NCBI GenBank assembly: GCA_963808625.1
Contig: CAWEHK010000034.1
Coordinates: forward strand, 1-64,000
Source: an uncultured delta proteobacterium
GTDB lineage: Bacteria; Desulfobacterota; Syntrophobacteria; Syntrophobacterales; Syntrophobacteraceae
Reading direction: 5' to 3'
Length of the DNA stretch: 64,000 nt
Shown here: piece after piece, positions 50,961-62,367 of the stretch
Numbering within the stretch: the stretch's first letter is position 1
Layout of the letters: the number at the start of each line of letters is the position of its first letter
The notes under the pieces: model-generated
The model's database searches: none
Seen by the model: the letters and a program-made list of their open reading frames with translations, nothing else
What the model was told of the DNA's origin: nothing
Program-made: the position numbers and the translations under genes

Positions 50961-52430
50961 TCACGCCCGGTAACGGTCAAAGCCCGTAAAGAAAAGTCCT
51001 ACTGATTCGCTCGGGGCAACGGCTCCCGAGCCGGTGAGCTGGATCAGCCCGGCCAGGCCGGATGCCCCCGTGGGGCAAACGGGGATGCCCGTATGGTGTT
51101 GTGCGGCACCATGAGCGTGGCGGATGGTCTCCTCGCGGAGCACTTCCGCCGTTCCTCCCGTGCGCAGCAAGGCCTCGAGGAGGTAGTACCAGTCGTAGGT
51201 GACGTCATCCAGAATACCGTGTGCCAGGCTGTGCGGGGTGGCGCCGTCCCAGGGCCACATGAAGTGTCCGGGTTGTCGCAGGAGTTCCTTCAGAATGGAT
51301 TGCACCGCCGGAGAATCGAAGTTGCGCCGGGCGAATTCCGCGGTTTGCCGCACCTGATCGGCCCTCGTATGGGTGAAGGCGAGAAGTTCGGCCAGTTGGA
51401 ATTTCGGTTCGGCGCCGCGATCGTAGCTGAGGTCGAAGGCAAGTCCATTGCGGCGGGCGATTTCCAGCAGCACGAGGTAGTAGGCGCGGACGAAGGGGAA
51501 GCCGCCCTCCGGCTGGCTGGCGTGGATGCGCGGCATGGCCGCGATCATCCCCACCTGGAAGGCTTCTTCGAATGCCTGGGCAATCGCTCGCGCGAGAGCA
51601 CCGCCCCCCACCTGGACGACGACGCTGTCGATGGTCTGGGACTCTGCCAGCAACTGCATGACCAGTTCCCACCCGAGGGTCGCGCCACCCTCGAGGTTCG
51701 ACCAGTTGTCGTTGCCGGCGCACGCAAACGGAATCCAACCTTGTTCCTTCAAGGCTTTCCGAAACGCAAGGTAGCAGGGATCGCCTTCGCCGGTCGTCGC
51801 GCGCGGGATTCCTTCCACCAGGGCTTGCCGTTCCCTCAGCATAGCCGCTACGGTCGGGTCGACATCTTCGGGGACGAAGGCGTGCAGTTCGTAGCCGCCG
51901 GCCCGAGCCACCGCAGAGGCCCCCAGCGCAGCGTTGCCGCAGCTGTAGATGGCCAGGACCTTCTTGACACTCTCGCCTTTGAGCTCCCGGAGCGCTTCCA
52001 GGTACAGGAGCGTAGCCATGAGATGGCGGCCCTTGTGCGAACCGGTCACGTTGCCGGTTTCATCCTTCACCCACAGGCGGCCGGTCCGACCAAGGGCGGA
52101 TGCCAGAGCGGGCGCTTCCGCCAATGGGGTCACCTTGAAATCCCGGCCTTCCAGGCGCAGCAACTGTTCCGCCACCCGATCCAGGACGCGGTAGTAGCGG
52201 TCGTGGCCGAGCAGGTGATACGCGGAGAGGGTATGCCGCAAGACCTCGAATGTCGGCCTCGATCCGGAAGCCCAGGACGATTGGATGCCTTCCGCAACTT
52301 CAGACCCCGAGGGCAACACCCGCCGCAGAGTATGCTCTTCGTGAGGGCTGCTGCCGGGACAACTGAAAATGCCGGTTTCGATCCGGTAATCTCTCCGGCA
52401 GGATGGACAAGTAAGAAAACTCTTATGCAA
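50961..52430 (-). CDS. Fold-type II PLP enzyme, threonine-synthase/dehydratase-like with N-terminal CxxC
   Basis: CPSC, WVKDETGNVTGSHKGRH, SCGNAA, QVGGGAL, PTGASGLAG, FFTG. Confidence 0.85.
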   Translation of the reverse strand: MHKSFLTCPSCRRDYRIETGIFSCPGSSPHEEHTLRRVLPSGSEVAEGIQSSWASGSRPTFEVLRHTLSAYHLLGHDRYYRVLDRVAEQLLRLEGRDFKVTPLAEAPALASALGRTGRLWVKDETGNVTGSHKGRHLMATLLYLEALRELKGESVKKVLAIYSCGNAALGASAVARAGGYELHAFVPEDVDPTVAAMLRERQALVEGIPRATTGEGDPCYLAFRKALKEQGWIPFACAGNDNWSNLEGGATLGWELVMQLLAESQTIDSVVVQVGGGALARAIAQAFEEAFQVGMIAAMPRIHASQPEGGFPFVRAYYLVLLEIARRNGLAFDLSYDRGAEPKFQLAELLAFTHTRADQVRQTAEFARRNFDSPAVQSILKELLRQPGHFMWPWDGATPHSLAHGILDDVTYDWYYLLEALLRTGGTAEVLREETIRHAHGAAQHHTGIPVCPTGASGLAGLIQLTGSGAVAPSESVGLFFTGFDRYRA

Positions 52431-52654
52431 AGTGGTCTTCCTTCCCGTGAGAGGAGTCAGGAGCCAGATGACAGAAATCAGAATAGAGAATGATTGCTTC
52501 GTGTGACTTCGTGGATGAGAAAAAAGGCGAGTCGGGAGAGCTTCTTGCTTTCATTCTGCATTTTGTCTTCGGGATTATGAGCGCGCTTCAGAAGAACACC
52601 AAGGTTCGACTGCGCGTAACCGTCGATTAAAATTGGCGAGCGTTTCACTTCGTA

Positions 52655-53622
<968 letters not shown>

Positions 53623-53623
<1 letters not shown>

Positions 53624-54642
53624 CACGCGCTCCCGCAGTTGAAGCACGACACGATGTGCCCGTTGCCGCGATCTTCCAGTTTGGGCGCGGATTCGCGGCA
53701 GATGGCGGTGGCCTTGTGGCAGCGCGGTGTGAAGCTGCAGCCTACCGGTTCGCCCTTAAGCGTCGGCACCATGCCGGGAATCTCGTGCAACCGCGGGCGG
53801 TCCGCACGGTGAGTGCCCGGCGCGGTCTCCAGCCTTGGCGTGGCCGACAGCAGCCCCTGCGTGTACGGGTGCAACGGCGCGGTAAACAATTCCGCGGCCG
53901 TGGCTTCCTCGACCTTGCGGCCCGCGTACATCACCACAACGCGCGCGCAGGTCTCGGCGACGACGCCCAGGTCGTGCGTGATCATGATGATCGACGTGCC
54001 GAACTCACGTTTCAGGATCAACATCAGCTCGATGATCTGCGCCTGGATCGTCACGTCCAGCGCCGTGGTCGGCTCGTCCGCGATCAGCACCTTCGGATTG
54101 CAGGCGAGCGCCGCGGCGATCATCGCGCGCTGGCGCATGCCGCCGGAGAACTGGTGCGGGTATTCGTCCGCGCGACGGCGCGGCTCGGGAATGTTGACCT
54201 TTTGCAACATCTCCACCGCCAGTTCGCGCGCGGCGCGCTTGTTGAGCCTCTGGTGCAGCACCGCCGTTTCCGCGATCTGCTCGCCGACGGTCAGCACCGG
54301 GTTCAGCGAGGTCATCGGATCCTGGAAAATCATCGAGATCTCATTGCCACGGATCGTGCGCATCCGTTCTTCGTCGAACTTCAGCAGGTCTTCTCCGTTG
54401 TAACGGATCGCGCCGCCCGCGATCACCGACGGCGGCGACGGGATCAGCTGCAGCATCGTCATCGCCGTCACGCTCTTACCGCAGCCCGACTCGCCCACGA
54501 TGCCCAACGTCTCGCCGCGGAGGAGATCGAAACTCACGCCGTCGACCGCGCGCGTAATGCCGTCCCGATTTGCAAACCACACCTTCAGGTCGTCGATCTC
54601 GACGATCGCGTCTCGGGCGGTGGAGTTCGTCACTGCACTCAT
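53623..54642 (-). CDS. Dpp/Opp-family ABC transporter ATPase (D-type)
   Basis: GESGCGKS, YPHQFSGGMRQR, ADEPTTALD. Confidence 0.95.
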
Positions 54643-54643
54643 C

Positions 54644-55525
54644 TCAAAGCCTCCGCGCGATCTTCGGGTCGAGCATGTCGCGCAGCCCGTCGCCCAGCAG
54701 GTTGATCGACAGCACCGTCAGGCCCAGAAAGATTCCTGGGAACAGGATGATGTTGAATGCGAGCTGCACCACCGCTCGCCCCTCGGCCATCATGTTGCCC
54801 CAGCTCGGAATTTCCGGCGGCGTGCCCGCGCCGAGGAATGACAGGTACGCCTCGAACAGCACCGCCGAGGAACAGATGAACGTGCCCTGCACGATCAGCG
54901 GCGTCACGGCGTTCGGCAGCACGTGGCGCAGCAGGATCCAATGGAAGCGCGTGCCGATCGCCTCAGCCGCCTGCACATAGGGTTGCTCGCGGATCACCAG
55001 AACCACCGAGCGCACGAGTCGCACCACGCGGGGGATCTCGGGCACCGCGATCGCGATCACCACGGTCTGGATGCTCGCGCGCATCAGCGCCATCATCGCC
55101 ACCGCCAGCAGGATGCCCGGGATCGCCATCATGCCGTCCATCACGCGCATGATCACGGCGTCGACCGTGCGCGTGAAGCCCGCCACCATGCCGATCAGCC
55201 CGCCGACAGTGGTGGCCAGCAGCGCGACGCTGATGCCCACGATCAGCGACACGCGCCCGCCCCACAGCACGCGCGAGAACACGTCGCGGCCCATCGCGTC
55301 GGTGCCGAAGAAATTCGAGCTGCTGGGCGCCTTCAGGCGCTTGAGCACGCTCACCTCGATCGGGCTGTACGGCGCGATCCACGGCGCCAGCAGCGCGATC
55401 GAGGCCATAATGGCCAGCAGCGCGCCACCGATCACCAGCAGCGGATGGCGACGTACGAACGCCCACCAGGGGTGGCGTCCGGCACTGTCGACCCGCGCCT
55501 CGATCTGGGCCAGCGTCAAGGCCAT
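54644..55525 (-). CDS. Dpp/Opp-family permease (C-type)
   Basis: FGTDAMGRD, YVQAAEAIG, HVLPN, GDGLRDMLDP. Confidence 0.93.
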   Translation of the reverse strand: MALTLAQIEARVDSAGRHPWWAFVRRHPLLVIGGALLAIMASIALLAPWIAPYSPIEVSVLKRLKAPSSSNFFGTDAMGRDVFSRVLWGGRVSLIVGISVALLATTVGGLIGMVAGFTRTVDAVIMRVMDGMMAIPGILLAVAMMALMRASIQTVVIAIAVPEIPRVVRLVRSVVLVIREQPYVQAAEAIGTRFHWILLRHVLPNAVTPLIVQGTFICSSAVLFEAYLSFLGAGTPPEIPSWGNMMAEGRAVVQLAFNIILFPGIFLGLTVLSINLLGDGLRDMLDPKIARRL

Positions 55526-55529
55526 GCCG

Positions 55530-56468
55530 TCAGTACCTGATGCGCGGATCGAGCACCGTGTACAACAGGTTGATCGCCAGATTGATGAACACGTAAACCG
55601 CGGCAACGACCAGTACGATGCCCTGGATCACCGGGTAATCGTGCCGCAGCACCGAGTCGACGGTGAGCCGGCCGATCCCCGGGATCGCAAAGACGCTCTC
55701 GGTGACGATCACGCCGCCCAGCAGCAACGCGATGCCCAGCCCAATCGTTGTGACGATCGGCACCGCAGCGTTCTTCAGCGCGTGCCGCAGCAGCAGCCGC
55801 TTGCTGCCCACGCCGCGCGCACGCGCGGTGCGGATGTAATCCTCGCCCAGCACCTCGAGCATCGTCGCTCGCGTCATCCGCGCGATCAGTGCCATGTAAA
55901 CCAGTCCGCCGCTTACGGCAGGCAGGATAAGGTGGTTGATGAACGGGACGAATCCCTCGCTGATGCTGCGAAAGCCTTGAACCGGCAGCCAACCCAGCTT
56001 GATGGAAAAACCGAAGATGAAGAGATACCCGATCAGGAACACCGGCAGCGAGAACGCCAGCACCGCCAGCGCCATCAGCGCACGGTCGATCCACGTGCCG
56101 GCCTTCCACGCGGCGATGATGCCCATCGGCACCGCGAAGACGACAGCGAAGGTGATCGTCAGGAAGGTGAGCCACAGCGTCGGTTCGATGCGCTGGCCAA
56201 TCATCTTCGTCACCGGCAGCCCGGTGAACACCGATACGCCCATGTCGCCCTGCAGCAGCCGCCACAGCCATGAGAAGAACTGCTCGTGCAGCGGCCGGTT
56301 CAAGCCCAGCAACTGGCGCACGCGCTCGACGTCGGCCGAGCTTGCGGTGTCCCCGGCGATCAGCGCCGCCGGATCGCCGGGACTCAGATGCAGCAGCAGG
56401 AACACGATCACGGCAACGATGCCGAGGACTGGGATGACCGCCAGGATGCGCTTAAAGAAATAGAACAT
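55530..56468 (-). CDS. Dpp/Opp-family permease (B-type)
   Basis: PGDPA, EDYIRTARARG, HALKNA, DYPVIQG, LDPRIRY. Confidence 0.95.
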   Translation of the reverse strand: MFYFFKRILAVIPVLGIVAVIVFLLLHLSPGDPAALIAGDTASSADVERVRQLLGLNRPLHEQFFSWLWRLLQGDMGVSVFTGLPVTKMIGQRIEPTLWLTFLTITFAVVFAVPMGIIAAWKAGTWIDRALMALAVLAFSLPVFLIGYLFIFGFSIKLGWLPVQGFRSISEGFVPFINHLILPAVSGGLVYMALIARMTRATMLEVLGEDYIRTARARGVGSKRLLLRHALKNAAVPIVTTIGLGIALLLGGVIVTESVFAIPGIGRLTVDSVLRHDYPVIQGIVLVVAAVYVFINLAINLLYTVLDPRIRY

Positions 56469-56518
56469 CGGGAAATCCGGGGAAACGGGCCTGCCCGCGA
56501 TTCACATTTGCGATCGCG

Positions 56519-58120
56519 TTATTTCTCCACGTTCCACATCACCGGGATGCCGGTAACGATCAGGCCCTTGAGGTTGGCGCGGTATGCCATCGGCCAGAAG
56601 AACTGGCCGAAGTTGACGTACGGCGTCATTTCGTAGGCGCGCTTCTGGATGTCCTCGGTGAGCTGTTTGCGCTTGGCCGGATCGTCCTCGCGGGCCCACG
56701 CCATCCGCAGCTCTTCCATCGTCTTATCGCACGACCAGCCGGCCGGAGCCGCGTCGCAGGTCCCCTGCAGGTACGCGTTGTTGACCGGCGAGATGACGTC
56801 ATAGCCGACGGAGTAGGTGTGGAAGATGTTCCATCCGCCCTTGTCGATCGGATCCTTCTTCGCGCGGCGGCCCAGCAGCGTGCTCCAGTCCATCGCCTGC
56901 GCATCGACGTTCACGCCGGCCTTGCGCAGGTTCTGCACCGTGACCTGCGCCGCGGCAGCCTGCACCGGCGGATCGGTCGAAACCAGCACGACGATTTTCT
57001 CACCGTTGTAGCCGGCTTCCTTCAGCAGTTGCTTGGCTTTCTCGATGTTCTGGCCGCCCTTGAACGGCTCAGCACCGGCATCGGTTTCCTGCGGGCTGCC
57101 ACACATGAAGTACGCCGGACAGTACTTGACGCGGAACTTTTCGGGGAAACCCGCCGCTGCGACGTACTCCTCCTGGTTGACGAGGTACTGCAGCGCCTGG
57201 CGCGCTTTCGGATTGTTGAACGGCGGCAGCAGGTGGTTCGGGCGCAGCCAGCCCTGGTTGCCGAGCGTATCGGCCGCAAGCTTGATGTTGGGGTTCTTCT
57301 CCAGTGTCGGGATGAAGTCGGCCTGCGGCAGCTCGAAGATGTCCACCTCGCCGGTGGTCAGCGCCGCGAGCGCCGTGTTCTGGTCGGGGATGTAGATCCA
57401 CTCGACGCGATCGACCTTAACGACCTTGCCGCCGGCCAGTCCGTCGGCCAGCTCATTGCGCGGCAGGTAGTTCGGGTTCTTCACGTACACGACCTTGTTG
57501 CCGGGCACCCACTCGTCCTTCTTGAAGATGAACGGGCCGGAGCCGGTCGCATCCGTGATCTGCTGGTTCGGGTCGGTCTGGGCGATGCGCTCGGGCATCA
57601 TGAACGGCACGTTCGACGACGGCTTGCCCAGCGCGTCGATCACCAGCCCGAACGGCTCCTTCAGTGTCAGCGTGAAGGTGCGCTCGTCAACCACGTTGAG
57701 CGACGCGAGCTCGCGCATCAGCAGCGTGCCGGACACGTCCTTCGCCCCCCAGCGCTTGATCGACGCGACGCAATCGGCCGCGGTGACGGGCGCGCCGTCG
57801 TGCCACTTCAGGCCTTGGCGCAGCGTGAACGTATACTTCTTCTTGTCGGGCGACAACGTCCAGGTATCGATCATCTGCGGCTTGACCTGGCCCTTGGAGT
57901 CGACCGCGAACAGCGTGTCGTAGACCATATAGCCGTGGTTGCGGCTGATGTAAGAGGCGTTCTGGATCGGGTCGATGATCTTCAGGTCGCCGCCCGGGAT
58001 CATCTTGATGACCTTGCCCTGCGCGAACGCAGATCCGCCGGCAAACGTTGCGGCCACCGCCACCATCATCGCCAGCGCCACCTTCATAAACGTCGCTCGT
58101 TTCATTGCCTTGCTCCTCAT
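56519..58120 (-). CDS. Family 5 ABC substrate-binding protein
   Basis: Signal peptide, VYDTLF, FTLRQGLKWHDG, GSGPF, PFNNPKARQA. Confidence 0.93.
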   Translation of the reverse strand: MRSKAMKRATFMKVALAMMVAVAATFAGGSAFAQGKVIKMIPGGDLKIIDPIQNASYISRNHGYMVYDTLFAVDSKGQVKPQMIDTWTLSPDKKKYTFTLRQGLKWHDGAPVTAADCVASIKRWGAKDVSGTLLMRELASLNVVDERTFTLTLKEPFGLVIDALGKPSSNVPFMMPERIAQTDPNQQITDATGSGPFIFKKDEWVPGNKVVYVKNPNYLPRNELADGLAGGKVVKVDRVEWIYIPDQNTALAALTTGEVDIFELPQADFIPTLEKNPNIKLAADTLGNQGWLRPNHLLPPFNNPKARQALQYLVNQEEYVAAAGFPEKFRVKYCPAYFMCGSPQETDAGAEPFKGGQNIEKAKQLLKEAGYNGEKIVVLVSTDPPVQAAAAQVTVQNLRKAGVNVDAQAMDWSTLLGRRAKKDPIDKGGWNIFHTYSVGYDVISPVNNAYLQGTCDAAPAGWSCDKTMEELRMAWAREDDPAKRKQLTEDIQKRAYEMTPYVNFGQFFWPMAYRANLKGLIVTGIPVMWNVEK

Positions 58121-58166
58121 GAAGAAGATTTACCTGCTGCTTGACTTCCCGGGGTTCCAGCCGCCA

Positions 58167-58420
58167 TCAGACGCGGGCCCTTGTGCTCGAAGATCCGCCG
58201 GTACGCCTCGGGCTGGGGATGCACATCAATATTGAACGTCGTCTTCTTGAACCACTTGCACAGGTCCAAGTCGAGGCACGCCAGCGCCGGCTCGTCGCCC
58301 TTGGTCGTGCATGCGGCGACGATTTCGCCTGAGGGCGCCACGATGCAGCTGCCGCCGATCTGCTCCAGACCCTCTCCAAACCAGCCTTCGCCACACCGAC
58401 TACCCAGGCGCCGTTCTGAT
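58167..58420 (-). pseudogene. 3' remnant of an N-carbamoyl-D-amino-acid amidohydrolase (nitrilase family)
   Basis: QNGAWVVGVAKAG, then after a shift EQIGGSCIVAPSGEIVA..DLDLC..TFNIDVHPQPEAY; the 5' two-thirds is absent. Confidence 0.7.
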
Positions 58421-58892
58421 ATTTGCCGACAAAAGGATAGTAACCGATAGGAACTGATAGTGAATCCCTTTTTCGACTTTCCGGCTAGCACGTGCCGTCG
58501 ATTCTGTCAAGGCCATTTGTGTGCCGATTTCATGGTGAAAAATGACAAGCACCACCACTGTGTGACATCGGTGACTGAATGTCTCCAGCGTCGGAGTTTA
58601 GTGGTAGATGAAGACAGGCAATTCGTATCCGGGGTCAGCCGTCGCGGGTAACATAGAGGAATCAGGTGCTTTCGAGGTTTACTGGAGATACCACGGCGAC
58701 TTACATGGGATTCCCATGTCTGCATCACGGAGGATCTTTCCATATAATTTCGGGATCTCAAACTTTAGACGGGTTTATTGAGCCGCCATATAGGCAGCTA
58801 TCGTGACATCAGAAGAGATTACCGATTGCCAATCAGCAATCATTCCTTGAAAAATGTCAGAGTGTTCCCCATGGTGGATCGAGAGGACTGCC

Positions 58893-60170
58893 TCACCTAA
58901 AGAGCAGACTCGGGATCACCATGGTCAACCACGGCCAGTAAGTGATTAGCAGGACGGTAGCGAAGTTCACGGCCAGGTAAGGGATCAGCGGTCTGGCGAT
59001 TTCTGAAACGGTGATCTTCCCGATGCTGCAGGCTATGAAAACCCCAAGACCGATGGGTGGAAGAAAAAGGCCGATTCCCATATTGGCGATTAACATGATG
59101 CCGAAGTGAACGGGGTCGATTCCAAACTGGGTGGCAAGGGGAAGCAGGATGGGAACGGTCATGATGAGTGCGGGGACTCCTTCCAGAACAGCCCCCAGGA
59201 ATAGAAAACAAATGTTGATCAAAAACAGAAACAGGACTCTCCCACCCCCAAGGTAGTTGATGACTCCGGCCATGGCCTGGGGAACCTGCTCACGAGTAAG
59301 AATCCACCCGAACACTGTAGCCATCCCCACCATGATCATCACCTGTCCGGTAACCACGCCTGTTTCAAGGAGAAGATCCCGGAGCTTTTTCAGAGTGATC
59401 TCGCGGTAAACGAACATACTCACAACGAGGCCGTACACCACAGCCAGAACTGCCGCTTCGGTAGGCGTGCAGATCCCCCCGAGAATCCCGCCAAAGATGA
59501 TGATCGGCATGAAGAGAGCCAGAAGGGATTCCTTAAAGGCCTTCAGAAGCGGCTTTACCCCTCCGAAATGTCCGGGCGCCCAGCCACTGCGCCTAGCCTG
59601 GATATTGAGCTGCACCATGAGGGCCGCAGCCATAAGAAAGGCGGGAAGGAACCCGCCGGCGAAAAGGGCACCGACCGAAGTGTTAGCCACGCCTCCATAG
59701 ACGACCATGGCGATGCAGGGAGGAACAAGGATGCCCATGCTGCAGGCGGCGCAAACGATGGCAGTGGACCGAGCGGGACTGTAGCCCGCCTGAGTCATGG
59801 CCGGAATCATAATCGATCCAATGGCTGCCGTATCGGCTGCCGTTGACCCGGAAATACCAGAGAAGAAGATCTCGGAGAGAATCGAAACCATCCCCAGCCC
59901 ATTTCTGAAGTGACCAACAAGGGCCTGCGCTAAATTGACGAGCCTCAGTGAAATGCCTCCCGTATCCATCAGAGCTCCTGCCAGAATAAACAGGGGGACT
60001 GCCAGAAGAGGGAAAGAATCGCAGCCGGTGAAGATCTTTTGAGGCAAGATAATGAGGGGAATATCGCCCTTCAAAAGAAGGCCTACGATGGAGGATAGCC
60101 CCATACTAAAGGCAATGGGCACATTCATGGCAATAAAACCGAGAAGGGCAACACTCAAAATGATCCCCAT
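58893..60170 (-). CDS. dctM: TRAP transporter large permease
   Basis: FPLLAVPLFILAG, GISGSTAAD, TPTEAA, GIDPVHFG, PPIG. Confidence 0.95.
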   Translation of the reverse strand: MGIILSVALLGFIAMNVPIAFSMGLSSIVGLLLKGDIPLIILPQKIFTGCDSFPLLAVPLFILAGALMDTGGISLRLVNLAQALVGHFRNGLGMVSILSEIFFSGISGSTAADTAAIGSIMIPAMTQAGYSPARSTAIVCAACSMGILVPPCIAMVVYGGVANTSVGALFAGGFLPAFLMAAALMVQLNIQARRSGWAPGHFGGVKPLLKAFKESLLALFMPIIIFGGILGGICTPTEAAVLAVVYGLVVSMFVYREITLKKLRDLLLETGVVTGQVMIMVGMATVFGWILTREQVPQAMAGVINYLGGGRVLFLFLINICFLFLGAVLEGVPALIMTVPILLPLATQFGIDPVHFGIMLIANMGIGLFLPPIGLGVFIACSIGKITVSEIARPLIPYLAVNFATVLLITYWPWLTMVIPSLLFR

Positions 60171-60287
60171 CCTCACCCTCAAAGATCCATGACACCGTTT
60201 TGAATATGCAAAATCAACAAATTGCAGCCGCCCCTGCACTCTTCTCAGCAAAGGGTCAGAGGGGATGTGTTCCGCAATGACCGGAAG

Positions 60288-60791
60288 CTATTGGATTCCC
60301 GGTTCTTCCTGAGCTTCCTTAAAAATCATGACCAGAAGATGAATGACCATAAGTGCTGCGCCCACCGGAAGTGCAGCGTAGGCCCAGCCCATGGAGATCT
60401 CCATGGCCGGAGATTGCTGATCTGCCGTCTTCTGGACCAGAACAATGCCCTGGACCAGGAGGACCATGACCACAATCCCCATGAGAATGAGGATAAAAGA
60501 AGCAGAGCTCCGCCTCCACCGAAGAGGGAGCATCCTGAAGAAGAAGTCCATTCCGAAGTGGCTACGCCTGTGCACGCTAATGGCCGCCCCAAGGATCGAG
60601 ATCCAGACAAAGAGATAGCGCGCGAGCTCTTCGGACCAGTACAGAGACTGCATCAACAGGTATCGGTAGATGACCTGAAGCAGCACGACGACGCCCATTA
60701 CCATCACAAGGGAGATGAGCGCCCAGCCTTCACCTTTTGCGAGGGTATGGTCAATTTTGATCAGCTTTTGAACGAACGAATCCATAGACAT
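60288..60791 (-). CDS. dctQ: TRAP transporter small permease
   Basis: QVIYRY..WSEELARYLFVW..HFGMD..SPAM; 4 TM segments. Confidence 0.93.
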   Translation of the reverse strand: MSMDSFVQKLIKIDHTLAKGEGWALISLVMVMGVVVLLQVIYRYLLMQSLYWSEELARYLFVWISILGAAISVHRRSHFGMDFFFRMLPLRWRRSSASFILILMGIVVMVLLVQGIVLVQKTADQQSPAMEISMGWAYAALPVGAALMVIHLLVMIFKEAQEEPGIQ

Positions 60792-60907
60792 TACAGTTGC
60801 TGACCTGAATGCTTGGGCAAACCATTTCAAAAATAGCGTTGAGAGCGCTTAATCCCGCCCAGGCGGAATTGCTGACAAACCATTTCCGATTGGCCTCTAT
60901 CGGATCT

Positions 60908-61888
60908 TCATTTGGTGGCAAGAATCTGGTCCAGCATCTCTTTGCCGAACTGGGCCTCAAACTCCCTGTAAACTGGGGCGGCGGCATCCTGGAAAGGTTT
61001 CTTGTTCGGGGTCGTGACCTGCATCCCTTTGGCCTTCAGTTCTTCCAGTTGTTTAGCCTCGTCGTCGCGGAGCAGATTGCGTTCGAAGGTGGCGCACTCG
61101 ACGGCCGTATCAAGGATGATCTTGCGGGTGTCCTCCGGAAGCGAATTATAGGCCTTGATGCTCATCAGAAGGAGTGCAGGAGAATAAAAATGCCCGGTTA
61201 GGGCAAGGTATTTCTGAACTTCAAAGAGCTTCGAAGTATAGACAATCGCAATCGGGTTCTCCTGACCATCGATCGTTCCCTGCTGAAGTGCAGTATAGAC
61301 TTCGCTCCATGCCATGGGGGGGGGCTGGCCCCAAAAGCCCTGAAGGCAGCCAGATGGATCTTGTTTTCCATGGTTCTGATCTTGATTCCCTTTAAATCCT
61401 CGGGCTTCTCAATAGGTCGAATGTTGTTGGTGATTTGACGAAAACCATTCTCCCAGAAGGCAAGGCCCTTGATTTCCTTGACTGAAAGAGCGTTGAGAAG
61501 GCCTTTGCCGATCTGGCCGTCAAGAATCTTGTAAGCGTGTTCCCGATATAGAAAGAAAAGGCATATCGACCACGAACATCTTCGGAACAAATCCGCCTAC
61601 GGGCCCCGTTGAGGTGACAACAAAATCGACCGTCCCGAGCTGAAGGCCTTCGATCATGTCTCGTTCATTGCCCAACTGGGTGGCGGGATAGGTATCAATC
61701 TTAACCTTATTTCCCGTTCTCTGGGCCACAAGTTCTGCAAATTTCCTTGCGGCAACGTTATAGGCATGGTCAGGTGCCGTCGCGGTTCCCAGCTTAAAGG
61801 TCCATGTCTGGCACCAGGACGGATCGGTCCAAACCGCGCTAATTAGGAAGACGGAGAGGAGGACAACGATAAAATGCGTGCGTTTCAT
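60908..61888 (-). CDS. dctP: TRAP substrate-binding protein (frameshifts near 61555 and 61320)
   Basis: QLGNERDMIEGLQLG, ENGFRQ, DLKGIKIRTM, WSEVYTALQQGTIDGQEN across three ORFs. Confidence 0.9.
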
Positions 61889-62044
61889 AGCGTTTACTCC
61901 TTTTCGAAGTGAATATGGACAACATCTATGACGGGAAAACGTCTGAGCTATTCCCCCGGCCACTTTGCTGGGAGGCTTAGCGCTTCAGTAATCACTTCTA
62001 CCAAGATTTCTCAGGAGAATCTAGCTGCAAAACGGAACGCAGGA

Positions 62045-62321
62045 ATGATTATTCTCGCTCCGGTGCTGGCCCGCTGACCCAGACCATCGGCATGGATTCC
62101 GTGCACTCGGGCATCATGATTGTGCTGTCGCTCAATATCGGCCTGGTGCCACCACTGGTGGGAGCCTGCCTCTTCGTGATCTGCTCGATTACGGGCATAG
62201 GTTGGAGGCGCTCAGCAAGGCCATCTGGCCCTTAATCCTCATCCAGGTGGCGGTCTTGTTCCTGATAGCATTTTTCCCGCAAATCACTTTGTTTGTCCCA
62301 CACCTGCTTCTCGGAAAGTAG
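62045..62321 (+). pseudogene. Degenerate C-terminal fragment of a second dctM
   Basis: IILAPVL, VHSGIMIVLSLNIGLVPPLVGACLFV, IAFFPQITLFVP with stop and shifts; no N-terminus. Confidence 0.75.
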
Positions 62322-62367
62322 GAGGGTTTTGGGATAGGCTAAATCAACCAACCCAAGGGAGGACGTT

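Noticed and set aside
46262..52430. Selenocysteine read-through in the selenium-associated yge cluster
   Set aside because: All four ORFs appear full length with no in-frame TGA needing recoding.
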